Below are positions 1 through 14,100 of a stretch of DNA of 53,334 bases, piece by piece. Numbering within the stretch: the stretch's first letter is position 1; every line of letters begins with the position of its first letter. The stretch is from Macrostomum lignano (Eukaryota): contig NIVC01004248.1 of the NCBI GenBank assembly GCA_002269645.1, positions 1 through 53,334 on the forward strand, given 5' to 3'. The notes beneath the pieces were generated by a model. The model was given only the letters and a program-made list of their open reading frames with translations, ran no database searches and was not told the DNA's origin. The position numbers and the translations under genes are program-made.

Positions 1-112
1 AATGCGAATTACCCTGCTTATCTGGATAAGCTTTCATGGGCCCTCAAACCCCAGCGGAAAAATTATAGGGAGGAGACAAACATTACATGAACTCGTAATA
101 GCGCTTGATGTT

Positions 113-267
113 CAGGGCGTAGCCAAGGGGGACAATGGCGGACATGTCCCCGCCCCTGGAGGGTGGTAAAATTTTTATTGCCTTTGTCATTTGATTTCCA
201 TCGCTAACATCGGAGACGGATTATGTTTCTGTCCCCCAACCCTGACCTGAATCCGGCTACGCGCCTG
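113..267. mobile_element. hAT-type MITE, 155 bp
   Basis: Imperfect TIRs CAGG-GCGTAGCC / GGCTACGCGCCTG. Perfect 8-bp direct repeat TTGATGTT at 105-112 and 268-275; an 8-bp TSD is typical of hAT. Confidence 0.8.
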
Positions 268-2239
268 TTGATGTTTCATCTTTTTACAGTGAGTTAGACA
301 TTAATTAATAGGCCGTATACGAGTATCAATGAAAAATCATTTTAAAAAGACAAGCAAGGATCAAACGACAAAGGAACTGTAATTGCTACCCTTTTAATCA
401 TTTTATTTATTCATTAGTTCATTTATTTTCTATTGTGGAGATCTAGAATACGAACTCCAGTCGTCCAAAAATCCAATGGGTAAATGACACAACCAGATAA
501 AATAAAAAAAGAATAAGTTGCGCATGTTAAATATTCGCGACAAAACACATTACTAAAAATCAGTTGTAAATGCAACTAATAATCTGTTTTATGTACTTTT
601 TAGGGTAGTTCTTAATGTTCTTTAACTAAAAATTACCACCAGGCAACAAGTTTTATTAAAACTTTTGTTTTAATGCGTTAACTTAGTCTGGTTTGCGCAT
701 TTTGCGAGCTAGTACTATTTGTTATAATTTTTTTTTCAAAGCAGCCACTATTGGTATGAATAACGCAACTTCAGCAAATAGTGACAATTTTTTCAGGCCC
801 CATTTATATGTTGACTCGCAATTGCTAATTCCTCTATCTAGTGATTATTCTCAAAGTTTATATACTGACATTTAACTGTTGTTTAGCTGATTGAATAAAA
901 ATTTAAAATTCACCTCGTGAGTTTTTAGAATCGCGCTATCATCAATTAGACCGGCTAAAGCACTATCGTTTATCGAAAACGTATTATTTTAATATTGACT
1001 GTTCTATTACTTTTCCTTTGTGTTATTTATGATGAAATATCCTTGTGCATGCCCAGTAAACTTTTAGTGTAAACTTTGTTTAGCAATTTCTTAATCCCTA
1101 CCAACATAAATAAATAGGTACTTATTTTCGAAAACTTAGGATTAAGGATTTTAAACTTTGATATCTAGTAGTAGGGCCTACTATGTCTTTACTAGTAGGT
1201 CTACATTAATCTTGTAATATAAGTTGAGGCCAAAATACAATTTTGACTAAGCCTAGGCTAAAGTACCTGGGTAAGGTTGGCTTGCAAAATCAAGACCAAG
1301 ACAATTTATAGACCAATTTCCTAGGCCTGTTTTCTTAATGTTAGCTAATGATGCCAGTGCTACTAGGCCTATTGCTAGTGCTAGGCCTAGTGTACCTAGT
1401 TTTTATCAAAATGCTGTTGACCCTTTATTATTTAGGTCTAAGCCAAGGCATTGTAATATGGCTATAGAATATTAGGCCAACCTATAAAATATCAAGTTTT
1501 TTAAGTTTATTATTAAACTATTTTTTAATTGTTATATAATAATATATCAATATTAAACTATTTTTTATTTGTTATATAATAATATATTAAAATGAATATA
1601 AAATTATAGTTGAGAATGCAAAACCAACCTAGGTTAAAAACATTATTTATATTTTATAGTTAGGTTTTAAAGAATAAGATCAAACCAAGACTCTAGAAGG
1701 TTATATAGGCCCCTATATGCCAGAATCTAGGGTCCAGATCATATAATAGTGTATGCTGGAACATAAATCCTATCTCAGCTAAATGTATGCCAATGGCAAT
1801 GTATGCCAAAAAAGTATTCTAAATTATATGCCAGCATTTCTTATAAAGTCTTTCGGTTTTCATAAATAGAGTTTCCTATGAAGGCTTTTGTATAAAACAT
1901 CTTGAAAATATTTTAAGTATTTTCATTTTAAGCAAATTTAAACTATACCTATATGTATAGAATAATGCAAAATTTATATTTTTAGCAATAAGTTATACTA
2001 TATTTATTGTTAATTTTAAAGAAGCAAAAGGCTATCATTGACTTTTAAGACAATATCAATTTTTCTTTATTTTATATAAAAGCATTAATTTACATTACAG
2101 TTTTCAAGCATATAATAAATTTATTCACCAAAATTTATACGCAAAATATAGCATGAATTTGTATGCCTAAAAATTGTAAGAATTTGTATGCCAACTTTGA
2201 AAAGAATCATTTGTATACTGGAATTTTCTAGTGTCTGGG

Positions 2240-4078
2240 TACTTGTACCAGTGCTCTAGTAGCTTTTCAATCCCTTCAGCAAAGAATTCTTTGGTGGTAC
2301 TTCTAATATATTGGCTGACAGCAGAGGCTAGGGCCTGTATGCTATCATAATGGGGACCTCAGGGTAACTCCTTCATCTGCCCAAACAGCCAGTAGTCATT
2401 CAGTGCTAAGTCTATAGTGATAGATCAAAATTATTTTTCAAATCAAAATCAAAATCAAAATCTTCGGTTTTTTAGAATCAAAATCAAAATTGAAATTGAA
2501 ATCAAAATTTTTTGAGCTTAACAAATTTTTACTTTTTGCTAATCATGCAAAAAGGTTAATACCTTGCCTCTGCATGTATGAGCTTACATGTTTTATAAAA
2601 AGTATCTTTGATATGTTTAAACCAGAATACTTAAGATTTAACTTACTTTAAAAATGCAAAATAGAAAATGCTGGTGTATTATGTATTATACACTCGTATA
2701 TAGAAATATAGTAGAAGTTGTATTATACTTCACCACTGTTTAAGCTGAAGATCTAGATACAAGTAGCCTATATCCATTTTATTAAGGCTTTAAGTCTTTA
2801 GGCCAATTAAAATCCATGTTGATGAGTTCAGCCAATAGGCTTGTGGAGGTTAAGGTGGGTGCAGCACAAGGCCTGGAACAGTGTGTGCCCAGCATAATCT
2901 TTTCTTGTAGAAAAGGCAATACTCACCTCCCCACTGAGTCTTTGAACCGCACTTCCTTTCATTTCCTATAGATTTTCTTACTCGTGTAGCATGATCATCA
3001 ATGTCTAAATTGTTAAAATATAACCAAAATTTTGAAATGATTTTCAATGAATGGTGTCAAAATTCAAAATCAAAATCAGCAAATCAGCAATTATTTCAAT
3101 GCAAAATTAGCTTCAAAAAAATTCAGAAAATTGAAATCGAATTTCAATCTATCACTATAAGTCTGGCAAGTAGTGTGGGTTATTGTCCTATTGTCCCTGG
3201 TCAGCTTGCCTTGGTGCTTAGTCTTGATGGCTTGGTGCAAATTCTCTAGCACTTAGATGTAATAAGTATTGGTAATGGTAGTGCGACGTGGAAGCCAGTC
3301 AATGAGCAGAATGCCTCCTTGTCCCAGAAGATGGTTGCCATCTGCTTTCTAGCCAATGGTGCAGCCAGGGCCTTCACTGGGGTGGGCTCTCCAGCTGCCT
3401 TCCAGACGTTGCTCTGCATCTTCGACTCTGGCTCATGTAATGGATCCACAACTCATCCCCAGTCACAATTTAATCCAAAAAGTTTGGGTTGTCGCGGTAG
3501 GCTTGCAGGAGCTGCTGACATACATAGACCCGCTTGTGCTGCTGATCATTTGTCAGAAGCTTCGGGACCCAATGAGCAACAACTCGCGACATCCCAAGCT
3601 TGGCTGTGAGAATTTTGTGAACTGCTGTATAAAAAATATACCCACAGTCTCTGCCAGTTCATGCATGGTGATCCGACAGTCAACATTAAGTGCCTGATGT
3701 ACACACTTGATATTAGACCATGGTGGCTGGCCTTCCACTATGTGGTAGATCTTCAACTGTCTCCTAGCCATCCTCAAACTGCTGCACCACTTGCGGACCA
3801 TCAACTTCAAAGGGGTCATCTTCACCATATCCTGCATGCAACTGGTGAACAATGTTGGCCTGTTGCTTCCCTTCTTTCTACAAGAACCAAATTATGCTTT
3901 GCTTGGCTTCTTCGTAACTTAAAATGACTGCTGTAAAAAATAACAAGCATACTTGTATTTGATTGCACTACCATTAAAAGTTACGGGACAATTGCTGTCT
4001 ATGGCCTAAAGTATGGTGACTTAACTGCTTTTTGTTTGGAAAAATGTTTGTCCACAAACTTTTCAAACGACCCATGTA
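2240..4078 (-). pseudogene. Decayed mariner (Tc1/mariner) transposase, interrupted by an insertion at 2415-3157
   Basis: Minus-strand frames give DLPHSGRP, WVPKLL, IVTGDE, KQMATIFWDKE and ILLIDWLP..TTITN. After removing the insertion they continue PHYLPDLALNDYWLFGQMKE...EFFAEGIEKLLEHW (YSPDL region). Multiple stops and frameshifts. A mariner-like TIR TACATGGGTCGTTTGAAAAGTTTG lies at about 4055-4078 on the - strand. Confidence 0.85.
2415..3157. mobile_element. Non-autonomous hAT-like element, 743 bp, nested in the mariner
   Basis: Perfect 11-bp TIR TAGTGATAGAT / ATCTATCACTA. TSD TAAGTCTA (2407-2414) / TAAGTCTG (3158-3165), 7/8 identical. Subterminal AAAATC repeats at both ends. Confidence 0.8.
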
Positions 4079-5177
4079 TTATAAAAAGATTTTGTTTAAA
4101 AAGAATGTTTTCAAAAAATTTAAAACATTTTTAATAGCAGTTTTCAATCATTCAATCATTTCAATCAAAGTGGCATAACATTGGTGCCATAGTTTGAATT
4201 ATGTATCAGTGTACACTAGGACTAAAAATGTTTTCAACTATGTATACCAAAGTTGTATGCTATTTTTCATTTTTGCTTTTTATTAGTTGTGTAGATTAAC
4301 AAACTTAAATGTTATATACTTGCAACATGCACTGAAAAAAGACAATTTCTATAAAATAAATACTCTAAATATTTTTAAAATAAAATTAAGGAAAAACAAG
4401 GTTTTTAAGGCACAAAGTTTAAAATAGTTTTTTATTATTCTTTGTTCCATGTTGATGGTGTTGCATATAGGATATTTTTATATAAAGTCACCTCTTTAAG
4501 TTTAATTTATTTTGTCATTAGACAATTTGAGGAATTTTCTACCCATTTTATACTTAAGCTTATGCCATAGAAAAAAATAACTAATTTTAATTATTTTTAA
4601 ATAACAGAGGTTTTTTTAAACAACAAAATATTTTTTCATATAAAAATTATGGCAATATTTAAATATAATTTTACTAAATGTTTTGATTAAATACATTTGG
4701 TTTATATGTTGTTTAACCTTATTTAAAATAATATATTATATTATTCATTGTAATTTCATAGAACTAATAGCAATTAAATATATGCAATTATGTTAAAGCA
4801 TCCACTTTTCGATTTTATGCCAATTTTTCTACAATTGTTTCTTAAGCTAAGCATGTACTCTAAGGCTGAATTTAGGACTAAGTTTTTACTAAAAAATTCT
4901 AGCATAGACTAAGGAAGTTTGCACCAACCCAAAGTTGTGGTTAGATTAAAAATCTTTACTATGTATCTGTTCTACTTTCTACTTCTGTTCTATATATATA
5001 TATATGATAAGATAAAATATTTCATTAAAGTTTTTTATTTTATGGTTTATGGCACATTTTAGAAACATCTAGCATAAGTGAAACAAAATGAAGCATTGGG
5101 AACTTTTTTACCCCATGATCATTGTGCATTACACACTTTCCTAGCAAACTTAGCAGAACTGTCTGGATTCCACAATC

Positions 5178-8100
5178 ATGGCAGGCATGGAAGCTGAAAT
5201 AGTCAAAGATGAAACTGGTCAAGAACTAGTCAAACTTGTCATTGTTGACGAGACCAATCAAGGCCAGCCATCTTATGCTTATGTCACGCCTCAAGATGCC
5301 CAGAGAATTCTATCTGGCGAAGCCACCTTGCAAATTGATGAGGAAGGCAATGCTGTTATTGTGGCTACAGAACAGCAGCAGGCTGGTGATGTGGAGACCA
5401 CTGCTCAGAGTGAGCAGCAGCAAGTGAGTTCGAATTATTGTATTGAGAAAACTAAAATTGTGTTTAATTATATATATGCAGTGTACTGAGTTTTGCTAAA
5501 TGATAATGTCCAAGTCTCAGAATTTAAATGCCTGGTCGCTGTACTACTCCAATGCGCTCTCTATCAACCCCTGCCCCCAATGTGCACTCTATCAACCCCT
5601 ACCCCCAATGTGCACTTATCTATCAACCCCTACCCCCAATGTGCACTCGAACAACCCCTACCCACAATGTGCACTTATCTATCAACCCCTACCCCCAATG
5701 TGCACTCTGAACCCCTACCCCCAATGTGCACTCTGAACCCCTACCCCCAATGTGCACTCGATAAACCCCTTCCCACAATGTGCACTTATCTATCAACCCC
5801 TACCCCCAATGTGCACTCTATCAACCCCTACCCCCAATGTGCACTCGATCAACCCCTACCCACAATGTGCACTTATCTATCAACCCCTACCCACAATGTG
5901 CACTTATCTATCAACCCATACCCACAATGTGCACTTATCTATCAAACCCTACCCCCAATGTGCACTTATCTATCAACCCCTACCCACAATGTGCACTTAT
6001 CTATCAACCCCTACCCACAATGTGCACTCTATCAACCCCTACCCCAATGTGCACTCTATCAACCCCTACCGCCAATTCGCACTCTATCAACCCCTACCCC
6101 AAAGTGATCTCTATCAACCCATTGATCAACCCCTACCCCCAATGTACACTCGATCAACCCTTACCCAGTGTACACTCTTACAATCTAATTTTTTGTTTTA
6201 AAAGGCTGAGTCTGCCGAAACGAAGCCAGCGGGCTCTGCTGTTGCGTCCCAGCAGCAGCAACAGCAACAGCAAGAATCCGCAGGCGGCGAAGGTGATGAA
6301 GAACAATTGATCATCACGGAGGAACCTGGCAAAAATGGCGGCCCGCCAACCGTAATCCTCAGCGATTCCCATGGCAACGTGATCACTCGCAAGGAGGTTA
6401 CAAATCCTCATGAGCCAGTTATGCTAGACTATGGCATTCACAAGATCCAATACGTAATGCAGTCAGCTCACGCTGCTGCCACAGCCGCGGCCGCATCTGC
6501 TGCTGCAGCCACTCCCGGTTCGTCATCAAGTGGTAAACTCGCGGCTTCCTCTACTGCGGCTGCTCAGCCACAACAGGCCGCCACAGTGCCCAGTGGCTTA
6601 TCGAAAACTTCCGCGGCTAATGTCACCGCTCAGTTCAGGAGCACCTATCTGCAGCAGGAGCATCTGGATGCGCTGAAGGACGCTGTGGCGTTCCTGTTGA
6701 AGGGTTTGAAGGTAATGACTGTTTCTGTACCCTCGCATGAGTCAGTGACTGTTTCTGTACCCTCCCATGAGTCAGTGACTGTTTCTGTACCCTCCCATGA
6801 GTCAGTGACTGTTTCTGTACCCTCCCATGAGTCAGTGACTGTTTCTGTACCCTCCCATGAGTCAGTGACTGTGTTTCTGTACCCTCCCATGAGTCAGTGA
6901 CTGTTTCCGTACCCTCCCATGAGTCAGTGACTGTTTCTGTACCCTCCCATGAGTCAGTGACTGTTTCTGTACCCTCCCATGAGTCAGTGACTGTGTTTCT
7001 GTACCCTCCCATGAGTCTGTGACTGTTTCTGTACCCTCCCATGATTCAGTGACTGTTTCTGTACCCTCCCATGAGTCAGTGACTGTTTCTGTACCCTCCC
7101 ATGAGTCAGTGACTGCTTCTGTACCCTCCCATGAGTCAGTGACTGTTTCTGTACCCTCCCATGAGTCAGTGACTGCGTTGCTATACCCTCCGTGCATCAA
7201 TACTTTGTTGATCCCAGATCCCGTGTCTTCCTTGTTCAATACGCTAACCCCAAGCCAATGAACACACTCAGGACCGAGTATTCTACCCCGAGCCCTATCA
7301 CAAGCGCTTAGGCAGCTACCAAGCCTACCAAGAGATGGTCAGACTGCAGAGCATCAGCCCAGAGACCGCCACCGAGTCACAACTGGCGCTGCTGCGTCGT
7401 CACTCGATGCTATTCCGACCAAGCGGTCCCAACAGCCGGCCGCTGACTCTCTACGAGCTGTCAGTCAACGAAGCCGCCGCTCAGATCTGCGCCGCTCATC
7501 CTGCTCTACTGTTTCATCGACGGGATTTGGTCAGCTACGCTAGGCAGGCTGTGAAGTACACTGGCATTGATTTTCCAGTGTCTTCACCTGGGCCATCCAT
7601 TGGAACTGTGAGTGGCTTGGTTGCTTAGATTGGCCTGCTCAAAAGTCAGATGATTTCAATCTTCCGAAATCCTCCCAGATCCTCAGTTGCTGGGCCAGCC
7701 TCCCAGATCCCCAGTTGCTGGGCCAGCCTCCCAGATCCTCAGTTGCTGGGCAGCCTCCCATATCCTCATTTGCTGAGCCAGCCTCCCAGATTATCAGTTG
7801 CTGGGCCAGCCTCCCAGATCCTCAGTTTCTGGGCCAGCCTCCCAGATCCCCAGTTGCTGGGCCAGCCTCCCAGATCCTCAGTTTCTGGGCCAGCCTCCCA
7901 GATCCCCAGTTGCTGGGCCAGCCTCCCAGAGTGTCAGTTGCTGGGCCAGCCTTCCAGATCCCCAGTTGCTGGGCCAGCCTCCCAGATCCTCAGTTGCTGG
8001 GCCTGCCTCCCAGATCCTCAGTTGCTGGGCCAGCCTCCCAGAGTGTCAGTTGCTGGGCCAGCCTTAAGCCAACTTGGATCCCACTAAGGTGATTCCTCCC

Positions 8101-11100
8101 CACCCGCAGGCCGGCATGCAGGCCATGGGCCACCGAGCTGCCTCAGCCTCCTCATACCAGAAGTCCGCACCAGCCGCAGCCTCCAGCCTTGCCGGTCGGT
8201 CATCTGTCGCCGGCAGCAGCCGACTAAACGAAGAGGAGCAGGCCCTGATCCGCCAGACTGTGCAAGCAATGCTCAGCGAAGTGGCCTCCGTGCGCAACAA
8301 AGACCGCTACTCTTGTTCCGCTATCGAGCGCTATCTCTACGACGATACTCGCCGACTACAAGAGTTGAAGCAAGCCGGCCAGTTGGACAAGAATCTGGCT
8401 TTCCTGCGTCAGCTGGCCGTTATACACGGCCGGTTCACCCTGGGCCACATCAACCCGCAGGCCGTGCTGACTCCATTCGAAGCCGCTTGCAACGAAGCCG
8501 CCGTCTGGTTTGCCTACGAGAATCCAGCCGTGCTAACGCACCGAAAGCTGCTCATTGAACTGTGCAAACGCGCTGTGAGATCAACTGGCAGGTATTTCCC
8601 ACCGACTGGCGGCATGCCCAGCGATCCAGCTGGCGGTGCAGCCGCTCAGAACCTGACCATCACCTCGCGCGAGAATTCCTTTCACATATCGTTTCAACCG
8701 AACAAGCCGGAGCCCGAGTTCACCTCCACTGAGTCTGTCGTGCTTGAAGATGGCGCTGAAGATGACAGGCTCCCAGCTGAGGTCAACGAAGAGGCTTGGG
8801 CTGTAATCACCGGGGATCAGGATACCGAGGCTGAAGCTCAGGTGAGGAAGTTTTTCCGGGTTTGTCTAGAAGAGTAACCATGAGCTTTAGAATCCCAAAT
8901 TTTCAGAATGGGTGTTTTAGAATCCCAGATCCCTAGAACTGGTGTTTTAGAATCCCAGATCCTCACAATGGGAGTTTTAAAATCCCAAATCCCCGCAATG
9001 GGTTTTAGAATCCCAGCTCTTCACTATGAAGTTTTAAATTCCCAGAAGATCGTCAGAATGGGTGTTTCAGTATCCTAGATTTCAAGAATACGAGTTTTAG
9101 AATCCCAGATCCCAAGAATGGATATTTCAGAATCCCAGATCCCAAGAATGGATATTTCAGAATCCCAGATCCCAAGAATGGGTATTTCAGAATCCCAGAT
9201 CCCAAGAATAAGTATTTCAGAATCCCAGATCCCAAGAATGGGTATTTCAGAATCCCAGATCCCAAGAATGGGAGTTTTAGAATCCCAGATCCCAAGAATG
9301 GGTTTTTCAGAATCCCAGATCCCAAGAATGGGTATTTCAGAATCCAAGATACCAAGAATGGGAGTCTTAGAATCCAAGATCCCAAGAATGGGAGTTTTAG
9401 AATCCAAGATACCAAGAATGGAAGTTTTAGAATCCCAGATTTCAAGAATAAGAGTTTTAGAATCCCAGATCTCAAGAATGGGAGTTTTAGAATCCCAAAT
9501 CCTCACTATGTTAGTTTTAAACACCGAAATCCTTAAACATAAATTTGAAATTTATACTGATTTTGTTTTCCACACAGGGCCGGACCCTGCGCATGACCTG
9601 CACCATAGAGGAGAACTGCCTCACCGATACCCAAATTCTCGTCGCCTCCGGCGCTCACGACATTCGTCACGTGACCTCGCTAAATCTGAGCGGCCTCGGC
9701 TTGACCTCAATTAACCCCGTTCACCTGTCCAAATGCGCTTTTCTACGTCAGCTAGATCTGAGCGAGAATGCGCTGCAGTTCTTGCCCAGGTGTCTGTATC
9801 TGCCCCGACTGACTGTGCTGGACATTTCTGGCAATAATTTTCAGCATGCACCTCTGGTGGAGCAGTTTCCTCTTCTAGAGGAGCTCAAGGTGAGTGATCT
9901 GCATGTAGATTCTCTAGTCCAGCTCTCATTGAGATTCCAGCGTCTCTAGTCCAGCTCTCATTGTGAGATTCCAGCGTCTCTAGTCCAGATCTCATTGTGA
10001 GATTCCAGCGTCTCTAGTCCAGCTCTCATTGAGATTCCAGCGTCTCTAGTCCAGCTCTCATTGAGATTCCAGCGTCTCTAGTCCAGCTCTCATTGTGAGA
10101 TTCCAGCGTCTCTAGTCCAGCTCTCATTGTGAGATTCCAGCGCGTCTCTAGTCCAGCTCTCATTGTGAGATTCCAGCGTCTCTAGTCCAGCTCTCATTGT
10201 GAGATTCCAGCGTCTCTAGTCCAGATCTCATTGTGAGATTCCAGCGTCTCTAGTCCAGATCTCATTGTGAGATTCCAGCGTCTCTAGTCCAGCTCTCATT
10301 GTGAGATTCCAGCGTCTCTAGTCCAGATCTCATTGTGAGATTCCAGCGTCTCTAGTCCAGATCTCATTGTGAGATTCCAGCGTCTCTAGTCCAGATCTCA
10401 TTGTGAGATTCCAGCATCTCTAGTCAAGATCTCATATTAAGATTTTGATGTCTCTAATCCAGATCTCATACTGGAATTCCAGTGTCTCCAATCCAGATCT
10501 CATAGTGGGATTTCAGTGCCCCTTTTCAGCTCCCATTTTGAGATTCCAGTGTCTCCAATACAGATCTCATAGTGAAATTCCAGTGTCTCCAACCCAGATC
10601 TCAGTGAGATTCCAGATCTCATAGTGAGATTACAGATCTCATAGTGAGATTGCAGATCTCATAGTGAGATTACAGATCTCATAGTGAGATACCAGAGTTT
10701 CCAATCCAGATCTCATAGTGAGATTCCAGTGTCTCCAACCCAGATCTCATAGTAAGATTCCAGATCTCATAGTAAGATTCCAGATCTCATAATCAGATTC
10801 CATACCTATAATGTTTCCCAATCGTCTCTATCCAGGTCGACGACAGCGTGCTGTGCAGCGACCTCACTCTGTCCTACTTCAACCCGCGCCTTCGCACCCT
10901 GAACGGCCGGCCATTCAACCCATCCGGCCGCCTCACCGACTCCATGCTGAACGCTCTGCAAAGATCACGTGACGCCATCGTGAAGCAGATCGGCTACAAG
11001 TGGAACGTGGACTACGCCGAGCACTACAAGAAAGGCGTACCGGAGCGCGACGCAAATAAAGTGATTGAAAGCTTCGTGTTGGCTTTGAAGTCTCGCCCGT

Positions 11101-14100
11101 TGCCGCTGGAAGAGCCTTGGTCCCAGTTGAAAGATGTACTCATCAGGCGCTATGTTGGCGACATGCTCAACAGTAAACTGATTCTTGACAAGTCAATCCC
11201 GGCCGAAGTTCGCGATATTGAAGATGGCGAAGGCGAGTCTTCTATTGATCCTCAGGAAGCCAACCGAGCCGTGCTAGAGCGAGCTGTCCGTCGGGGTATG
11301 GCAGTTGTGTACACCGTTGTCAAGTCTCAGGGCGTTGTTGGCAAGCCTACTGCCGACTTCCTGCCAAGCGAAATCTCATTGAGAGGCGCTGCTGCCGCCG
11401 CCGCAGCAGCCGCCGCAGCGGAGCGCAAGCGTGCTAGGCCGGGTCAGGACGACTGGGAGTCCGTGGGGGTGCGCACTCGACCGACTAATAAACGGAAACG
11501 CTACACCGAACTTGGCGTCTTCTCTGAGGAGGAGTATCGAACTTTGAAGACTATCGAAGAGGAGAAGGAGAATCAGAGGCGCGAGATGACTGTACAGCAG
11601 CGTGAGTTGTGCATGTTGTAGCTTTTATTTTATAGCCTTCGTTTCTTAGAAACTGTCTTTAGGTCTTGGTTGGTTTGTTTCTAAGAATCTGTCTCCTTTA
11701 CTGTACAGGTTTATTTCGAAGAAACTCCTCTTTTTCGGTTAGTTTCTAAGAATCTGTCTAATAGTCTGGTTTGTTTCTAAGAATCTGTCTAGTAGTCTTT
11801 GGTTTGTTTCAAAGAATCTGTCTAATAGTCTGGTTTGTTTCTAAGAATCTGTCTAATAGTCTGGTTTGTTTCTAAGAATCTGTCTAATAGTCTTTGGTTT
11901 GTTTCTAAGAATATGTCTAATAGTCTTTGGTTTGTTTCTAAGAATATGTCTAATAGTCTGGTTTGTTTCTAAGAATATGTCTAATAGTCTTTGGTTTGTT
12001 TCTAAGAATATGTCTAATAGTCTTTGGTTTGTTTCAAAGAATCTGTCTAATAGTCTGGTTTGTTTCTAAGAATCTGTCTAATAGTCTGGTTTGTTTCTAA
12101 GAATCTGTCTAATAGTCTGGTTTGTTTCTAAGAATCTGTCTAATAGTCTTTGGTTTGTTTCTAAGAATCTGTCTAATAGTCTTTGGTTTGTTTCTAAGAA
12201 TCTGTCTAATAGTCTGGTTTGTTTCTAAGAATATGTCTAATAGTCTTTGGTTTGTTTCTAAGAATATGTCTAATAGTCTTTGGTTTGTTTCTAAGAATAT
12301 GTCTAATAGTCTTTGGTTTGTTTCAAAGAATCTGTCTAATAGTCTGGTTTGTTTCTAAGAATCTGTCTAATAGTCTGGTTTGTTTCTAAGAATCTGTCTA
12401 ATAGTCTTTAGTTTGTTTCTAAGAATCTGTCTAATAGTCTTTGGTTTGTTTCTAAGAATCTGTCTAATAGTCTTTAGTTTGTTTCTAAGAATCTGTCTAA
12501 TAGTCTTTGGTTTGTTTCTAAGAATCTGTCTAATAGTCTTTGGTTTGTTTCTAAGAATCCTTCACTGTACAGGTTTATTTCTAATAAACTCCTATTTTTC
12601 GGTTAGTTTCTTAGAAACTGTCTTTAGGTCGAGGTGGGCTTGTTTCTAAGAATATGTCTCCTTTACTGTACAGGTTTATTTCTAAGAAACTCTTATTTTT
12701 CAGTTATTTCTTAGAAACCGTCTTTAGGCCTTGGCTGGTTTGTTTCCAAGAAGCAGTCCTAGTCTTGATTGTTTTGTTTCTAAGAACCTGTCTCAGTCTT
12801 CGTTTATTTCCAAGAAACAATTGTCTAACATTTTTTATTTTATTTCTAACAAACAACTCATTGCAGGTATGTTTCTAAGAAACATTCTGCTTTGCTGGTT
12901 TTATTTCTTAGAAACGTTTTTGGAGTCTTCATTGATTTTTTCTAATAATCTCTCCTAGTCTTGGTTTATTTCGAAAAATCACTTTCAGTCTGTTGCTTTG
13001 TTTCTAAGAATCTGTTTCCAAGTCTGTTAGTGTAGATTTGCGTTCAACTACAATGCCTCCCAACCCTGCCACACAGGCCTTCAATACCAGGAGATCAAGA
13101 CCAAGTCCAGCTATACCGAACCGGCCTCGGTTCCAGCGCTGCCGCAGTCTCTCACGGCGTCGGCTGCAGGCGCCACAGCTGCCAGCGCCTCCGGTCGCGC
13201 CCGGGTCAGCTTCCACGAAGAGCCGATGGACGAGTCTGTAGGCGGTAATCTGTCCGACTCGGATATCAACTTGGCCGGTTCGTCCAGCGGCGCCGTTGCC
13301 ATCAGCGGCGGTGCCGGAGTGTCCGGTGGCGGCAACGAACTCCGACCCATCGTCACGGCCTACACCCGGTCACTGCGCGATGTCAGCGATAAATATCGCT
13401 ACCAACCGGTGCACTTTATCCGCTGCCATTCCAAGGATAATAATCCTATGGATGCCGAGACCAAAGTCTGGCGTTGCGCATTCGAACCGGCCATCGGTTC
13501 CAGCGGAGAAGCCATGCCGGACGGGACAACTACTATTGTGGCCACCTGCGGCGGGGACAGCGTCTGTCTAATTGACTGCGACACTGGCAAAGTGGTGAAA
13601 CGGTTCAAGCATTTGAGCGAGGAGTTCTATTGTCTGGCTTGGACCGTTATCCCCATTGAGGATAAGCCGACTAAGATTCTGGGTGAGTTGCTATGGGAAT
13701 TTGTGTTTTTTATAACGCTTTTGGTGGGATTCTAACTCGTGGTGGGGGAGTTCGGGATTTCTAATTAGTGTGGGAGATTTTAAGGGGATTCTATGTAGTA
13801 TGGGGATTTTTAGGGATTAGAATTCGTGTGGAGAATTTTGAGGGGATACTAATTAGTGTGGGATTATTATGGGGTTATAATTAGTATAGGATTCTAATTA
13901 GCGTGTGATAAATATGAAATTCTAATTAGTGTGAGATTTAGGGATTCTAATTAGTGTGGGATTATTATGAGATTCTAATTAGTGTGGGATTATTATGAGA
14001 TTCTAATTAGCGTGGGATTATTATAGGATTATTATGGAATTCTAATTAGTGTGGGATTATTGTGGGATTCTAATTAGTGTGGGATTATTTAAGGATTGTA

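Noticed and set aside
2180-2215. Possible second mariner TIR (TTTGAAAAG)
   Set aside because: Only 9 nt match the TIR near 4078, which is too weak; the element's 3' end is left undefined.
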